A stretch of DNA of 64,000 bases from an uncultured Acidobacteriota bacterium (GCA_963796275.1 CAWCKY010000003.1:448001-512000); one strand, 5' to 3'; positions 12,495 to 26,871 are shown, counted from the stretch's first letter. The notes: generated from the letters alone by a model not told the origin. Numbers and translations are program-made.

Positions 12495-13267
12495 TGCAGG
12501 AAAGATTGCAAAAAATCATCGCCACAGCAGGTATCGCCTCGCGGCGCAAGGCCGAAGAGTTGATGCTCGCCGGTGAGGTCAGCGTCAACGGAAAAATAGT
12601 GACCGAACTCGGAACAAAGGCCGATCCCGACAGGGACCATATAAAAGTGCGCGGGAAATTGATAAACCCGAGGCTCGAGAAACAGGAGAATATCTATCTG
12701 TTGCTCAATAAACCGCCGGGATTTTTGACCAGCTGTTCCGATCCTAGTAATCGCCCGCTGGTCATCGATCTGCTCGGACCTTATCGCAATAAAGTTCATC
12801 CGGTAGGACGGCTCGATTTCAATACCGAAGGACTGCTGCTCTTGACCAACGATGGTGATTTCACGCATCTCATTTCTCACGCGGCCAAGGAAGTCCCGAA
12901 AATTTATGAGGCCAAAGTGAAAGGGAAGCCGGGGGCGCATCAGATCAAATTGCTCGAACGTGGGGTCGTAGTGGGAGGCGTGCGGACCGCCCCCGCGAGA
13001 ATTCGCTTGCTCGAGGAGAGCGCTACAAACGCCTGGTACGAAGTGACGCTTTATGAAGGGCGCAACCAGCAGATCAGAAAAATGTTCGATTCCATCGGCC
13101 ATTCCGTTATCAAGCTTCGACGCGTCGGCATCGGGTTTTTACGCAAAGAGCGCCTCAAGCCCGGCCAGTTCAGGTTGCTCGATAGGGTTGAGGTCAAAAG
13201 GTTTTTTGGAGGAAAGCGAGGAGTGAGAAAAAATAATCCGGGAAGGTCGAGTAAGAAGCCAGCGTGA
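12494..13267 (+). CDS. rluB: rRNA pseudouridine synthase, RsuA/RluB family
   Basis: S4 domain ERLQKIIATAGIASRRKAE, catalytic VGRLDFNTEGLLLLTNDG, EGRNQQIRKM. The family is secure; the exact ortholog less so. Confidence 0.85.
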   Translation: MQERLQKIIATAGIASRRKAEELMLAGEVSVNGKIVTELGTKADPDRDHIKVRGKLINPRLEKQENIYLLLNKPPGFLTSCSDPSNRPLVIDLLGPYRNKVHPVGRLDFNTEGLLLLTNDGDFTHLISHAAKEVPKIYEAKVKGKPGAHQIKLLERGVVVGGVRTAPARIRLLEESATNAWYEVTLYEGRNQQIRKMFDSIGHSVIKLRRVGIGFLRKERLKPGQFRLLDRVEVKRFFGGKRGVRKNNPGRSSKKPA

Positions 13268-13320
13268 TTTGCAAGGATTTATTCCGCTCCCAGCCTCCGA
13301 CTTTCGCCCGTTCCCCAAAC

Positions 13321-13349
13321 TTGACAAGGTATTAGCAAACCTATAGAGT
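13321..13349 (+). promoter_or_regulatory. Sigma-70-type promoter upstream of ispH-rpsA
   Basis: TTGACA, 17-nt spacer, TAGAGT. Confidence 0.6.
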
Positions 13350-13465
13350 CTAAACTTCTTATTTAAGGTGGATTTATCGGGTTATTAGTCTAAAAAATGC
13401 TACACGGGAGTCTGACTACCATCCCCTGCCATTATTTCTCCGAAGAGGAAAATCAAGGGTAACAA

Positions 13466-14306
13466 ATGGAGATCATCTTGGCTGAAAGTCTGGGTTTTTG
13501 TATGGGCGTCAAGCGTGCCGTAGATACTGGCTTACCGTGCGCTCGACAAAGCAGGCGATCAGCCGGTCGTGACGCTGGGGCCCTTGATCCACAATAGCCA
13601 GGAGATAGAACGGCTGGAGCGAGATGGCGTCAGAGAGATCGATGAGGATTCCATCCCATCTACCGGCACTATCATCATCCGGGCTCACGGCGTTCCTCCT
13701 CGGGCATATGAGGAATTGAAAGCCCGCGGATTGAAAGTAATGGATGGCACGTGCCCTTATGTGCATTACTCCCAGCGCAAGGGGATCGAGCTCAAAGATG
13801 AAGGGTATACGATAGTCATCGTCGGTGATAGGAATCATCCGGAGATCCGGGGTATCCTCGGTTACATCGATGACCAGGCTTATGTAGTCAAAACCGTCCA
13901 GGAAGCGAGGGCGCTCCCGAATTTCGACCGCATCGGAGCTCTCGCGCAGACGACGATCAACCCGGTAAAATATCGGGAAATCATCCAGGTCCTGCGTGAG
14001 AAAGCGAAAGAGGTGAAGGTCTGCGAGACGATTTGCGATGCTACGGAAGAGAATCAGCGAGCCATTCGCGAACTGTCGAGGGAAGTCGAGATGCTCTACG
14101 TCATTGGCGGCCGTCATAGCGCAAACAGCAACAAACTGGTCGAATCGGCGCGGGATGGGTGTCCGCGGTCTTTCCTGATTGAAACTCCGGATGAGATCAA
14201 CCCGGAAGACCTGCGTGGGGTGGATCGGGTGGGAGTCGGCGCCGGGGCTTCGACGCCCGATTGGATGATTCAACGAGTTGTCGAGAGGCTGAGAGACATT
14301 GCTTAA
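13466..14306 (+). CDS. ispH: 4-hydroxy-3-methylbut-2-enyl diphosphate reductase, with an apparent +1 frameshift near 13525
   Basis: ATG 13466 gives MEIILAESLGFCMGVKRAVD. One extra base later the frame continues LAYRALDKAGDQPVVTLGPLIHN...IIRAHGV...DGTCPYV...HPE...TICDAT...SANS...GAGASTP. Confidence 0.93.
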
Positions 14307-14443
14307 TGTTGGCAAAACAGCTTCAACGGTTTATTATTACAAACTCTTTCAACACGGCAAGGTATTTAGCATGCTGAAAGATTGCCATGAACCGGGCTGC
14401 ATGTGCTGCTCGGATAGTTTTCCCAGGAGGAAGTCCAGTTTCA

Positions 14444-16336
<1,893 letters not shown>

Positions 16337-16343
16337 AAGCTTT

Positions 16344-16412
16344 GACGCCAGGGCGAAAGACGCAAAGACGCAGTTGAGGCTAAACAGAAACTCATCGCGC
16401 CTTTGCGTTTTT
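16344..16412. repeat. Intergenic imperfect inverted repeat (GACGCAAAG...CTTTGCGT family)
   Basis: AAAGACGCAAAG pairs with CTTTGCGTTTTT; a related element lies at 30481-30540. Confidence 0.55.
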
Positions 16413-16437
16413 ACGTTCGGCGAGTTTCCCATATTTT

Positions 16438-17385
16438 ATGAATAGACGCACGCTAGCGTGGACCTTGATAGCAGGAGCAATCCTGTGTGGGCTGTTTTTT
16501 ATCGCGCTTTTCGCCGCGATGATGATGATGTCGGACGGCGACGGTTTCATCGGCGTGGGCGATCGCATAGCCGTGATCCCGGTCGAAGGCGTGATCGACG
16601 ACGAATTGGCGAAGAACGTCAACCGGCATCTCAAGCAATACGGCAATGACGCGCGCGTGAAGGCCATCATTCTACGCATCGACAGTCCGGGCGGAGGAGT
16701 TTCTGCCTCGCAGGAGATTTACCGCGAAGTGCGGCGGATCAAGGATGGTAATAAGAAGAAAGTGTTCGTATCAATGGCCAGTGTAGCAGCATCAGGCGGA
16801 TATTACATTGCCTGCCCCGCCGATAAAATTTACGCAAATCCCGGAACTATCACCGGGAGCATAGGCGTTATAGCAGAATGGTTTAACTTCAAAGAACTTG
16901 CTGACTGGGCGAAGGTCAAACCTGTTGTGTTTAAAAGCGGCGAGTTCAAGGATACGGGTTCTCCCACACGCGACCTCACCGATCGGGAGAAGAAGTATTT
17001 TCAGGGAATGATCAATGAGCTTTACCGGCAGTTTGTTGGTGCCGTAACGGAAGGACGCAAAGGCCGGGGCGGTGAAGCCGGGGAGCTCACTGAAGAGCAG
17101 ATCAAGAATTTGGCTGACGGGCGGATCTATACCGGCGAAGGAGCCAAGAGACTTGGCCTTATCGACGAGATCGGAAATTACGAAGATGCGGTGAAAGATG
17201 CTGCCAAACAGGTCGGCATCAAAGGAGAGCCGCAGATAATAACTCCACCCAAGCCGCGCGAAGGTATTACTATTCTAGACCTTCTGCTGGGGGCGGCTAG
17301 AATACCTGACATTTCGCCAAGCCAGTTGCCCGGTCAATTAGGCGATATGGATACGTCTGTCAAATTTAAGTATCAGTGGAAGTAA
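16438..17385 (+). CDS. sppA: Signal peptide peptidase SppA (S49)
   Basis: N-terminal TM, LRIDSPGGGV, VAASGGYYIA, GSIGVI, KSGEFKD. Confidence 0.94.
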   Translation: MNRRTLAWTLIAGAILCGLFFIALFAAMMMMSDGDGFIGVGDRIAVIPVEGVIDDELAKNVNRHLKQYGNDARVKAIILRIDSPGGGVSASQEIYREVRRIKDGNKKKVFVSMASVAASGGYYIACPADKIYANPGTITGSIGVIAEWFNFKELADWAKVKPVVFKSGEFKDTGSPTRDLTDREKKYFQGMINELYRQFVGAVTEGRKGRGGEAGELTEEQIKNLADGRIYTGEGAKRLGLIDEIGNYEDAVKDAAKQVGIKGEPQIITPPKPREGITILDLLLGAARIPDISPSQLPGQLGDMDTSVKFKYQWK

Positions 17386-17436
17386 CCAGCGATTCCCAAA
17401 AATATTTTATTCTATTCGTCGTCAAACGGAGGAGCG

Positions 17437-17799
17437 ATGACAAAAGCAGAATTGGTCGAAGAGGTTGCCCGTGCTGCCGAGTTGACCAAGAAGGACTCGG
17501 AAGTAGTAGTAGACGAGGTATTTAAAAATATCATCCAGGCTCTTAACCGGGGAGAGAAGATCGAACTACGGGGCTTCGGCTCGTTCCGAGTGCGACAGCG
17601 CGATGCGCGTCGTGGGCGTAATCCAAAGACCGGCGCGCCGGTCGATATCCCCGCTAAACGTGTACCGTATTTCAAACCGGGCAAAGAACTCAAAGAGCTG
17701 ATAAATGACAAAGCGATTGAAGGATCAATTGAAGGAGCGATCGACGATAATAACAGCGGTGAAAACGCCATGAGCGATGCCGCTGCTGCGGAACCATAA
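17437..17799 (+). CDS. ihfB: Integration host factor beta / HU family DNA-binding protein
   Basis: IELRGFGSFRVRQR..RGRNPKTG..FKPGKELKE; rpsA-sppA-ihfB gene order. Confidence 0.85.
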   Translation: MTKAELVEEVARAAELTKKDSEVVVDEVFKNIIQALNRGEKIELRGFGSFRVRQRDARRGRNPKTGAPVDIPAKRVPYFKPGKELKELINDKAIEGSIEGAIDDNNSGENAMSDAAAAEP

Positions 17800-17934
17800 A
17801 ATTATTTCCATATGTCGATTTCATTCGCCATCGATTCCGACAGCCCACAACCCGATGGTGAATGGCGGATCATAATCGACAAATGGAAGATACCAGCAAC
17901 CCTCCCTTTTACTCTCTCCTCCTCGGAGGTATGT

Positions 17935-19026
17935 ATGAAAAAGCGAGCCGCTGGAATCATCAAATCCGCAACTCATCTAATCATCCTTTATGCCGTGTCG
18001 GTAGGTTGTGCCGCAACCTCTTCAGCCCAGGGTAATCGAGGGAACCCGAGCAATCCACCGCCGTCCGGGCGTACCGGCGGTGTAGTATCTCATTCCATCC
18101 GCGGCAAAATCTATCTTCCATCCGGCACTTTGCCCGAGCAGCGCATTCGCGTGGTGCTCGAGCTCAATACCGGTGGGATAGCGGGAGAAACTTTCTCGGA
18201 CTCTGTCGGTAATTTTGAATTCCGTTCGCTGCCGGCCAATTCCTATCGGGTTGTCGTCTATCCGGACAACCAGAGCTTTGAAACCAGCCAGGAGAGTGTC
18301 GATCTTTACGGGAACATCCCGCGCACGTTCATGGTGCAGGTCTACCTGAAAGAAAAGAGCGATGGGCGGATTTTCAAACCTAAGGATAAGATACTCTCGG
18401 TCGCGGATTTTCAGGAAATTCCGAAGGCCGCCAAGAAGGCGTATGGGAAGGGGCTTAAGCTGGCCCAGGACAATAAGGCGGAAGCCGCGGCGGCACGATT
18501 CGAAGAGGCGATCATCGTATTCCCGGAGTATCTGCATGCCATCAACAAACTCGGCGAGCAGTATGTTGCAATGAATAAGCTCTCCGAGGCGCAAACGATG
18601 TTCGAACGGGCTATCGCTCTGAATGAGAAATTCGCGCTACCGCACATCAATCTGGGATTGCTCTACGTCAACCGGAAAAGTTATGAGCAGGCCATTAAAT
18701 CGTTCGAGGTCGCCAATGGACTGGATGAGACCTATCCGATGTCGCATTACTATCTGGGTGTTTCGTTGTTGAGCAGCAGCACGCCGGACCCGGAGCGCGC
18801 AGAAAAAGAGCTGGAGCGCTCGCTTGCGCTTGGCGGGAGGAATTTTGTAGCCGCGCGAAAGTATCTCTACAATTTGAGTCTGAGGCGCTCGGATTTGGTA
18901 AAAGCCGCGGAACACCTCGAGGCCTATCTGAAAGATGCGCCCGATGCTCCCGATGCTGAAGAAGTACGGCAGCGACTTTTATTTGTGAAGAAGGCGATCG
19001 AGGAAAAGGGTGCGGCGAAACAGTGA
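17935..19026 (+). CDS. Exported protein with carboxypeptidase-regulatory-like domain and TPR repeats
   Basis: Signal peptide, SIRGKIYLPSG...SDSVGNFEFRSL domain, then TPR helices; GGAGG RBS before ATG 17935. Confidence 0.8.
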   Translation: MKKRAAGIIKSATHLIILYAVSVGCAATSSAQGNRGNPSNPPPSGRTGGVVSHSIRGKIYLPSGTLPEQRIRVVLELNTGGIAGETFSDSVGNFEFRSLPANSYRVVVYPDNQSFETSQESVDLYGNIPRTFMVQVYLKEKSDGRIFKPKDKILSVADFQEIPKAAKKAYGKGLKLAQDNKAEAAAARFEEAIIVFPEYLHAINKLGEQYVAMNKLSEAQTMFERAIALNEKFALPHINLGLLYVNRKSYEQAIKSFEVANGLDETYPMSHYYLGVSLLSSSTPDPERAEKELERSLALGGRNFVAARKYLYNLSLRRSDLVKAAEHLEAYLKDAPDAPDAEEVRQRLLFVKKAIEEKGAAKQ

Positions 19027-19047
19027 CTAAGCCGAGAGATAAAAAGA

Positions 19048-19076
19048 GGGAGAATATGCTATTGGAATATTCTCCC
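19048..19076. terminator. Hairpin between convergent genes (probable bidirectional terminator)
   Basis: GGGAGAATAT-N9-ATATTCTCCC flanked by A-rich and T-rich tracts. Confidence 0.6.
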
Positions 19077-19093
19077 TTCTTCTTAATGCAAAT

Positions 19094-21559
19094 TCATCGT
19101 TTGCTCATCACATAAACTCCGCCTGAAGATGAGGCCGCATAGAGTCTGTTCGAGTCGAAGGGATATGCGGATAACGACCAGAGCCTGGGGCTGGGCAATT
19201 GGCTGATATCGAGCTTATACCAGGTCATCCCCCGATCCCGCGAGTGATAAAAACTGTTACGCATGTCATCAGAGGCGTAGAGTTCGTCCGGATTTGCCGT
19301 GTTTATGGCTATTGCTCCGACATCTGAAAGCAGGGCCATTCCTCCGCCGCGGTTCTCCCAGCTGCGCCCGCCATCGGTCGAACGGAAGAAACCCGTCGAG
19401 GTGCCGAGATAGATCGTCTCTGCCGTTCGCGGGTCGAAGATTACGGTATGGATGTGCCTCACCTCATTCTCGATCGGCAGATGGTTGAATGTCTCGCCGT
19501 TGTCAACCGATACATATAACCCAGCCACGGTGCCGACATAGATCACTCCGGGCGCGTGCGGAGATGTAGCGACGGCATTGACGCGCGTTTGTCTGGGAGA
19601 AGGTGCATTTTCGGCTACCGCGCGCAGACTTATACGCTTCCATCCTTTCTTCACATCATCGCTGCGATAGAGCCCATCCCAGGTCGATGCTATTAACCAA
19701 TTCGATTGAGCATTAGATCCGAGACTATCGACCGCGCCGCTTTCACTGATACTGGCGATTTCGACTTCCCGCCGCGGGATGAACGGCACGAGCGATAAGA
19801 CCTGGGTTTGCAGATCGACGGGATCGTTCGGATTCGGTTTTGGCTGCGGAGGAGGAGATGGCGGCCTCTTCGATTTTGTGATTGTGCCCGCGCTTTTTTT
19901 CGGAGAAGATTTGGATTTTCGCGGGCCATTCTTTGCGGCCTTTTGCGCGATCTGTCCGATTTGCTTCACTCTCCGGGGCCGAATTTCCTGCTCAGTCGGG
20001 CGGTTTTGCCCAGGCTCGCCGGTGACAGGGCCATGGTCTCCTCCCTCGCTTTTCTCCTTAATCTCTTCTTTGAGAATACTTCTTTTTTGACTGAAGTCCA
20101 ACTGCGACCCTGATCGTCAGAACGGAAGAGGCCGTGGTTGGTACCGGCAAAGATCGTCTCGGGATTTACCGGCGATTGATAGAGCGAATAGACATCGCGC
20201 ACGCCCATCCCGGTCATCGATTGCTGCCACGACAAGCCGCCGTCTTCACTGATAAAAAGGCCGCTGTTCGATCCATCGAAGATGATTCCGGCGTAAACTC
20301 GTCCGGGCACTTTCCGATCGGCGAGCACGGTGCGCACCTGACGATTGATGAATCCGGCATTGCTCCGGTCGTAGGTTTCTCCGCCATCATTGCTGACCAG
20401 TACGCCGTGATCTTCAGTTCCGAGAAAGACGCGATCAGGTCTATCCGGATGAACTGCGATGGCATTGATCACGAGACGGATCGAAGTCACCCGCACCCAA
20501 CTATCAGGCCCGCCGTGATTGGACGAGAGCCACAATCCTTCCGTTGTGCCGGCGAAGATCACATCAGGCCTGGTCGGATGCTGATAAATTACGTGCGTGC
20601 GGCGGCTGGTATAAGGAATGCCCTGAATCTTAGTCCATCGGAGGCTGTCATCGATAGCGCGGTAGATGCCGCTGCATGCGCTCATCAATACCGTCTCAGG
20701 GTTCGCTTCGTCGATATGGATCGCAAAGATATCGGAGTCGTCGATCATCCCCGTCTCTTTCGAGCCGGCCCGGTTCCATATGAGACCGCCGTCGATCGTT
20801 CTCCAGGGCAGATGATTGGTGCCTACGTAGATCGTATTGACATCGCGCGGATCTATCGCGACCGAATGAAAGCCTCTCAGCTCAGGATCGTTCTCGGGTG
20901 TTATGCGCTTCCAGGTTTGCCCCCGATCCATTGTGCGATAGACGCCATCGAGGGCCGCTGCTACGAGCACATTTGCGTCTTTGGTGGATTGCACGATCCC
21001 GCGCACCGCGCGTCCTCGCATACCCTCGAAATCACGCCAGGTCTCGCCATCGTCTTCGCTGATAAAAATATTGCCGCCCCTGGTTATTTCACCCTGCGGC
21101 GTCACGGCTTTGACCCCGGCAAAAATGATCTGGGGGCGTTCCCTGTCGAAGAGGATGATTGTCACCATAAACCCAGATGCTTTGATGCCCGGGCGTATGC
21201 GTTTCCAGATTTCGCCGCCATCAGCCGAGCGAAAAATTTGCCCATCGCTCGTGCCCAGCAAAATTCGGTCAGCATTGCGCGGATCGATCGCCAGGGCGGT
21301 TACATCGCCGCCGAATGGTCCGGTTATCTGCCATACACGTTCATTCAGGATCCGCCCCGGCGCGGAAATTGACGGTGTCGACCGCGTTCGGATTGGCGTT
21401 ATTACTTGGGGAACGGGAGGGGTCGCCTATCGATACGGCCTCCGACGAAACTTGCCCGTACGTGACAAGAGTGGCGGAAGCAATAATATAGAGGAGGAGG
21501 AACGAGAATAGGTTTTTCAATCTATCAAGCAAGGCACCAGGTGTCATCAATTTCTCCAT
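19094..21559 (-). CDS. Exported BNR/Asp-box (VPS10/YCF48-like) beta-propeller repeat protein, split by two apparent frameshifts
   Basis: Signal-peptide fragment 21341-21559 joins the frame ...RILNERVWQITGPFGGDVTALAIDP (shift near the G-run at ~21420); a second shift lies near 20085. Many SxDGGxxW Asp-boxes in both large fragments. Confidence 0.8.
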
Positions 21560-21788
21560 TGCCGAAATACCAGTCTAAGCCGGCAGGGAGTCCAGCAAAT
21601 AAAGGAGGAGGCTAGATTCTAAATCAAAATCGTCAAAAGGGGAAAACGGATGATGGGAAGATACCCAAGACATAATAAGAAAAAGATGATGGCAATCTGT
21701 TAATCCGGGAGGCTGTTGCGAATTGGCGCTTTTGGACATTGTATTTATCGCGCTGGAAATTCGTCTTCTGATAGCCGAAAATATTGCA

Positions 21789-22865
21789 ATGAAAATAACC
21801 CCCATCAGGTTAAATATATTCCGCGTAACATATGTTGCGCTTTTATCGATTCTTATTATTTCCCTCTCCAGCGTTTCAGCTCAGCAGCAGAAAGAGAATG
21901 AGCCGGTGACGTTGAGGGATCTCAATAAAATGCTGCGCGAGTCGGTAGGACGCAATATGACAGAAGCTGACCTCGCGGTTTATATCGAGCGATTTGGAAT
22001 CGCATTCGATCCGACGCCTGATGTGGTCAGCCGCCTGCGGGCGAACGGCGCGCATGCGCATTTGATCAATACGATCAAACGTGAGTCCGAAAAATTGTCG
22101 GCATCAGCCGGGAAGGTTGTTGCGATCGGCCCGCAAGCGCCTGATCCATTTATTGAGGAGACCCGAAAAGTCGTGCGTGATTATGTGGACGAACTTCCGG
22201 ACTTCATTTGCCGTCAGGTTGTCGAGCGTTATTACGATTTTGAGGGGCGCGGCGCATGGGATAAGGCTGATACGCTGACCTATGAGCTGACCTACAACAG
22301 AAAACGCGAGTCATACAGACCGCTGAACGCCATCGGCCGGCCGGTCACGCGCGCGATCGATCAGTCGGGGGGAGCTATTTCTACTGGCGATTTCGCATCC
22401 GGACTCGCCTCACTTTTTGATGCGGAGACCAAAACGATCTTCACCCCAGCGGGGAAGGAACGTCTGGGCTCCCGACAAACGCGCGTTTATGACTTTCGCG
22501 TGCAAAAAGAATCATCAAAACTGCAGGTGAAGGCGGAAGGCTCTCCGGCAATCATATCGGGCTACAGCGGCACGATCTGGATCGATGATGAGACGAAAAA
22601 CGTCCTGCGGATGGATCAAGCTGTCGACGACCTCCCTAAAGGGTATCCGGTCACCAATTCTGAAAGTTCGATCGATTACGATCTCAGCAAACTGCGCGGC
22701 ATAGAAGTCGATTTTCTTCTTCCGATTCGCGTTGAATTCATCATCGCCGACCGCCGGGAGAAGAAGTATTTCCGTAATTTGATCTATTTCAAGTTCTATC
22801 AGAAGTTCGAGACCGACATCAAGATCATCGATGATCCGGCGCCGGTTCCGCCTAATAAGCCGTAA
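21789..22865 (+). CDS. Exported conserved hypothetical protein
   Basis: Signal peptide ending VSAQQ; LPDFICRQ and [16 protein letters not shown] motifs resemble a common Acidobacteriota exported family (recognised by eye, not searched). Confidence 0.7.
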   Translation: MKITPIRLNIFRVTYVALLSILIISLSSVSAQQQKENEPVTLRDLNKMLRESVGRNMTEADLAVYIERFGIAFDPTPDVVSRLRANGAHAHLINTIKRESEKLSASAGKVVAIGPQAPDPFIEETRKVVRDYVDELPDFICRQVVERYYDFEGRGAWDKADTLTYELTYNRKRESYRPLNAIGRPVTRAIDQSGGAISTGDFASGLASLFDAETKTIFTPAGKERLGSRQTRVYDFRVQKESSKLQVKAEGSPAIISGYSGTIWIDDETKNVLRMDQAVDDLPKGYPVTNSESSIDYDLSKLRGIEVDFLLPIRVEFIIADRREKKYFRNLIYFKFYQKFETDIKIIDDPAPVPPNKP

Positions 22866-22912
22866 CGACAAATCTTGTGCCGGTGCCACAAGATACAACA
22901 ATTCAGTAATTT

Positions 22913-22990
22913 CATTTTACATTTGTCATTTAATGTTTGTCATTTGTCATTGAAGATAGGCAGCTTCTTCAATGACAAATGTAAAATGAT
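22913..22990. terminator. Long AT-rich inverted repeat between convergent genes
   Basis: CATTTTACATTTGTCATT...AATGACAAATGTAAAATG with an inner TCATTGAAGA/TCTTCAATGA stem. Confidence 0.65.
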
Positions 22991-23004
22991 AAATCGACCT
23001 GTTC

Positions 23005-23877
23005 CTATGCGTTTTTGGTAGCGACGATCGTACGTGGAATTCCGCGCAGGTCTTTCAGTATTCGTAGATCAGACCAGACCGCCGGATCTATCATCGCAGA
23101 AATTGCATCGGATTGTGTATACCCCATCTCGCAAATCAGATAACCGCCAGGTTTCAGCCGCGCCGGCGCATCGCTGAGAAGACGCCGATAAAATGTGAGC
23201 CCGTCATCGAAATCGGTCAGAGCAACCTTCGGCTCCCAATCGCGCACTTCGCGCTGCAGCATTGGCAGCTCATGCCGTGAAACATAGGGCGGATTTGATA
23301 TGATGATGTCGGCGAAAGGAATATCGGCGAAAGCATCGAACAGGTTTGCCACGATGAAGTCGATCCGCTCGGACATCACATTCCGTGCTGCATTGCGTTT
23401 TGCTACTGCAATCGCCGCGGTCGAAATATCGGTCGCGATCGCTCTCAACCCATCTATCTCTCTGGCCAGTGTTACTGCGATGCAGCCGGAGCCGGTGCCG
23501 GCATCGACTATCAATGGCCGGTTGAAACTAGCCTGCTGCACTATCCGAATCGTCTCTTCAACGATGAGCTCAGTCTCTGGCCGTGGGATCAAAACATCGG
23601 GGGTCACTTCGAACTCCAGTCCGAAAAATTCCTGGTGCCCGGTGATGTATTGCAGCGGTTCGCCCGCTGCCCGCCGCTCGATCAATGACTGATACTTGAT
23701 CCGTTCGCCATCCGAGAGAAGCCGATTGAAGTTGATGATGAGGTAGGTACGGTCTCGACCCAGCGCTTCCGCCAGTAGCGTCTGGGCATCCAGCAGGTCG
23801 TTGGGGACCGATGCTTCACGCAAGTATTCGCTGGCGCGTTTGAGTACCTCCGCGATGGTTGCAGATGAAGCGATCAC
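23005..23877 (-). CDS. prmC: Release factor glutamine methyltransferase
   Basis: [33 protein letters not shown]; downstream of prfA. Confidence 0.96.
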   Translation of the reverse strand: MIASSATIAEVLKRASEYLREASVPNDLLDAQTLLAEALGRDRTYLIINFNRLLSDGERIKYQSLIERRAAGEPLQYITGHQEFFGLEFEVTPDVLIPRPETELIVEETIRIVQQASFNRPLIVDAGTGSGCIAVTLAREIDGLRAIATDISTAAIAVAKRNAARNVMSERIDFIVANLFDAFADIPFADIIISNPPYVSRHELPMLQREVRDWEPKVALTDFDDGLTFYRRLLSDAPARLKPGGYLICEMGYTQSDAISAMIDPAVWSDLRILKDLRGIPRTIVATKNA

Positions 23878-24032
23878 CCGAAATTCACCAAAAAATCACA
23901 AAAGGCACGAAATATAATATAGAAAGAGAAGGCGCGAGGATCGTGAGTCTATGCCGGCTATTCTTTGGGCAATTAATTTCCCCGGGCGATTCGGTAGATA
24001 TACTCTGGCGATTTAGGCAATTTCGCAACGTT

Positions 24033-25124
24033 TTAGCCGACGCTCGCAACCTGCTTTTCCGTCTCTTCCTTGAGTTTCTCTGCCTGAAAATGTGTGACGA
24101 CCGCGTCGATCAACTCATCTAGATAGCCTTCCATGATCATATCAAGTTGATGAATGGTGAGGCCGATGCGGTGATCGGTGACGCGGTTCTCTTTGAAATT
24201 GTAGGTTCGGATTTTTTCCGAGCGGTCACCCGAGCCAACCTGTGAACGCCGCTCGGCCGAGATGGCCTGCTGCTGCTTCTGTTGCTCCACTTCGAGAAGG
24301 CGCGAGCGCAATATTCTCATTGCCTTTTCGCGGTTCTTGATCTGCGATTTTTCATCCTGCATGGACACGACGAGTCCCGTCGGGGTGTGCGTGAGCCGGA
24401 CTGCGGAGTAGGTTGTGTTGACCGACTGACCGCCCGGCCCGGATGAACAGAAAGTGTCGATGCGGAGGTCTTTCGGATCGATCTTGATGTCTACCTCTTC
24501 GGCTTCGGGGAGGATTGCGACAGTTACAGCCGATGTGTGGATGCGCCCGCTCGCTTCCGTCTGTGGGACGCGCTGCACTCGGTGGACGCCCGATTCGTGT
24601 TTGAGTTTGGAGTAGACCCGGTCGCCTTCGATAATGGCTTCGCCCTTCTGAATGCCGCCCAACCCGGTCTCCGATGAATCGGTGACCTGCAACTTCCAAC
24701 CCTGTCTTTCGGCATAACGTGCGTACATCCGCAGAATTTCCGCGGCGAAGAGACAGGCTTCTTCACCGCCCGTTCCCGCGCGAACCTCGAGGATAACGTT
24801 CTTTTCGTCGTTCGGGTCTTTGGGAAGAAGCAGAATTTTCAGGTCGTCCTCGACCTGAGTGCGTTTCTCTTCGAGCTCGGGCAGTTCGAGGACCGCCAAT
24901 TGGCGCATCTCTTCGTCATCGACATCGCGCAGTATCTCGCGGGCGCCGGTGATGTCGGTATCGAGTTTCCTCAACTCACGATACTTCTCGACCACAGGTT
25001 CGAGCTCGCGATGGTGCCGCGCCGCTTTGGAGTAACGCGCCTGATCGCCGATCACGCGCGGGTCGATCATTTGCTGAGTCAACTCCTCGTAGGTCTTTTC
25101 AATTGCTTCGAGTTTTTCACGCAT
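24033..25124 (-). CDS. prfA: Peptide chain release factor 1
   Basis: [14 protein letters not shown] (PxT motif), [22 protein letters not shown]. Confidence 0.97.
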   Translation of the reverse strand: MREKLEAIEKTYEELTQQMIDPRVIGDQARYSKAARHHRELEPVVEKYRELRKLDTDITGAREILRDVDDEEMRQLAVLELPELEEKRTQVEDDLKILLLPKDPNDEKNVILEVRAGTGGEEACLFAAEILRMYARYAERQGWKLQVTDSSETGLGGIQKGEAIIEGDRVYSKLKHESGVHRVQRVPQTEASGRIHTSAVTVAILPEAEEVDIKIDPKDLRIDTFCSSGPGGQSVNTTYSAVRLTHTPTGLVVSMQDEKSQIKNREKAMRILRSRLLEVEQQKQQQAISAERRSQVGSGDRSEKIRTYNFKENRVTDHRIGLTIHQLDMIMEGYLDELIDAVVTHFQAEKLKEETEKQVASVG

Positions 25125-25180
25125 ATTTAGTCGGCAGTTGTCGGTTACGTGGATTGAGCGCTCTATGTCCCGACAACCGG

Positions 25181-26443
25181 CTACCGGTTGCCGACTACCG
25201 GTTGCGGTTCCAGCTTCAGTGATTCCTGGAGCGCGTATATCGCTACTTCCAACTGGTCGGCGGATGGCTCTTTCGTCGTCAGGTTCTGCAACCAGATGCC
25301 TGGTCGCGTAATGATGGAAAAAATCTTGCTCGTCTCTTTTCTGCCAGCCGCGCGGATGATCTCATAGGAGATGCCGGCGATCAGTGGGATCAGTGCGATG
25401 CGTATCAGCATATTGAAAGTGAGATAATCGAACTTAATCACGGAAAAGAGAATTATCGAGACCAGCATCACGACCATCAGGAAACTGGTCCCGCAGCGCG
25501 GATGCTGGCGCGGATAGCGCTGCGCATTCTCCACCGTCAGATCTTCACCAGCCTCCCAGGCATAGACCGTCTTATGTTCGGCGCCGTGATACTCGAATAT
25601 CCTTTTGATGTCATCGAGCCGCGAAAAACCGTAAATCATCAAAATGAAAAAGAGCATCCTGATCATTCCATCGACCAGATTGAATGAAATGGAGGGTCGC
25701 ACGGGCTTGAAATACGGCGCAACCCACATCCAGATCGCCTGATACCATGACGCATCTGCGGTAACTGTATGCTCCGGCGAAACCTGCGGCGCATAACCCC
25801 AGCCGAAATGGATGAATAATATGTTGGTCAGGAGAAACGGCACCACGATGAAGAGGATAACGTTGAAGAGTAGCATGAAGGCTATCGAGCCGGCGGCGAA
25901 TCCGGTTTCAGCCATTTTCCCGCTTCCCCCTTTCGCTTCAGTCGCTCCGGTCGCCCGGTCAGTACCGGTTTTTGCCCCATTTGCTCCGTTTGCCCCATTT
26001 GCTTCTGGTGTTTCGGCGTTCAAATAGGCAACGATCCTGCTGGAAATTTGATCGGGTGCTTCGATAGCGTGCGCGGCGGTGATGTATGCGCCGGTTGCGG
26101 CCGCCGCTTGCGCTGCCGGTTTAGGTTCGTTCTCCTTTTTGTCTTTCTTACTCAGCTCTTCGACAGTACTCTCTTCTGTAGCTATATCCTCAAGAGCTAC
26201 AGTTGCTGAGAAGTTGATCGCCTTGATGCCGAGCAGCATTGAGTGAATCAGCACCGCACCACCCCGGAGGATCGGTACTCGGAGAATTGGAAACTTTTCA
26301 CTTAGTTTCGGCAATCGCTCCGCTCTTGAGACGATGGTGCCGTCCTGCCGGCGCACAGCCACTGCGTAGGAATTGGGCGCGCGCATCATGACGCCCTCCA
26401 TCACCGCCTGCCCACCGACAATGATCTCTTTCTCTCGGCTCAT
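25181..26443 (-). CDS. DUF1385 (YqhQ-like) membrane protein
   Basis: [30 protein letters not shown]; conserved rpmE-DUF1385-prfA-prmC context. Confidence 0.9.
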   Translation of the reverse strand: MSREKEIIVGGQAVMEGVMMRAPNSYAVAVRRQDGTIVSRAERLPKLSEKFPILRVPILRGGAVLIHSMLLGIKAINFSATVALEDIATEESTVEELSKKDKKENEPKPAAQAAAATGAYITAAHAIEAPDQISSRIVAYLNAETPEANGANGANGAKTGTDRATGATEAKGGSGKMAETGFAAGSIAFMLLFNVILFIVVPFLLTNILFIHFGWGYAPQVSPEHTVTADASWYQAIWMWVAPYFKPVRPSISFNLVDGMIRMLFFILMIYGFSRLDDIKRIFEYHGAEHKTVYAWEAGEDLTVENAQRYPRQHPRCGTSFLMVVMLVSIILFSVIKFDYLTFNMLIRIALIPLIAGISYEIIRAAGRKETSKIFSIITRPGIWLQNLTTKEPSADQLEVAIYALQESLKLEPQPVVGNR

Positions 26444-26452
26444 ATAAATCTC

Positions 26453-26671
26453 TCAAGCCTTGGCCGGTTCTTTATATCTGCCATATTTCTTTTGGAATCG
26501 CTCGACGCGGCCGGCTGTGTCTACCAGCTTCTGTTTGCCGGTGAAGAACGGATGGCAATTCGAGCAAATCTCGACATGCAGCTCCTTCTTGGTTGATCGC
26601 GTCGTCCACGACGCCCCACACGCACAGACCACGCGGCAGTCTTGATATTCCGGATGGATACCTGGTTTCAC
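26453..26671 (-). CDS. rpmE: 50S ribosomal protein L31 (zinc-binding type)
   Basis: [38 protein letters not shown]. Confidence 0.97.
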   Translation of the reverse strand: MKPGIHPEYQDCRVVCACGASWTTRSTKKELHVEICSNCHPFFTGKQKLVDTAGRVERFQKKYGRYKEPAKA

Positions 26672-26752
26672 TTCGAAATCTCCTTTCTCTAAAACAAAAT
26701 TTCCCCCACTGCATATTCAATACGCGTGTGGGCGAAAAAGCGACAACGTACA

Positions 26753-26782
26753 AAATTAGCCGATCAATAAACAATCTGTCAA
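26753..26782 (-). promoter_or_regulatory. Putative sigma-70 promoter of the rpmE operon
   Basis: Minus strand TTGACA, 18-nt spacer, TAATTT. Confidence 0.45.
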
Positions 26783-26809
26783 GGCAAGGTCGCTTGGTTA
26801 CAAAATAGA

Positions 26810-26855
26810 AAGAGAACACAAAACCACAAACCATTGTGCTTTTGTGTTCTCTTTA
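26810..26855 (-). terminator. Hairpin downstream of the nonaheme cytochrome gene
   Basis: AAAGAGAACACAAAA...TTTTGTGTTCTCTTT inverted repeat. Confidence 0.6.
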
Positions 26856-26871
26856 GGTTTCTTGCGATGAC

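Noticed and set aside
13500-13570. Programmed frameshifting in ispH or the cytochrome gene
   Set aside because: No slippery heptamer with a stimulatory structure seen; indels are scattered through unrelated genes, which favours sequencing error.
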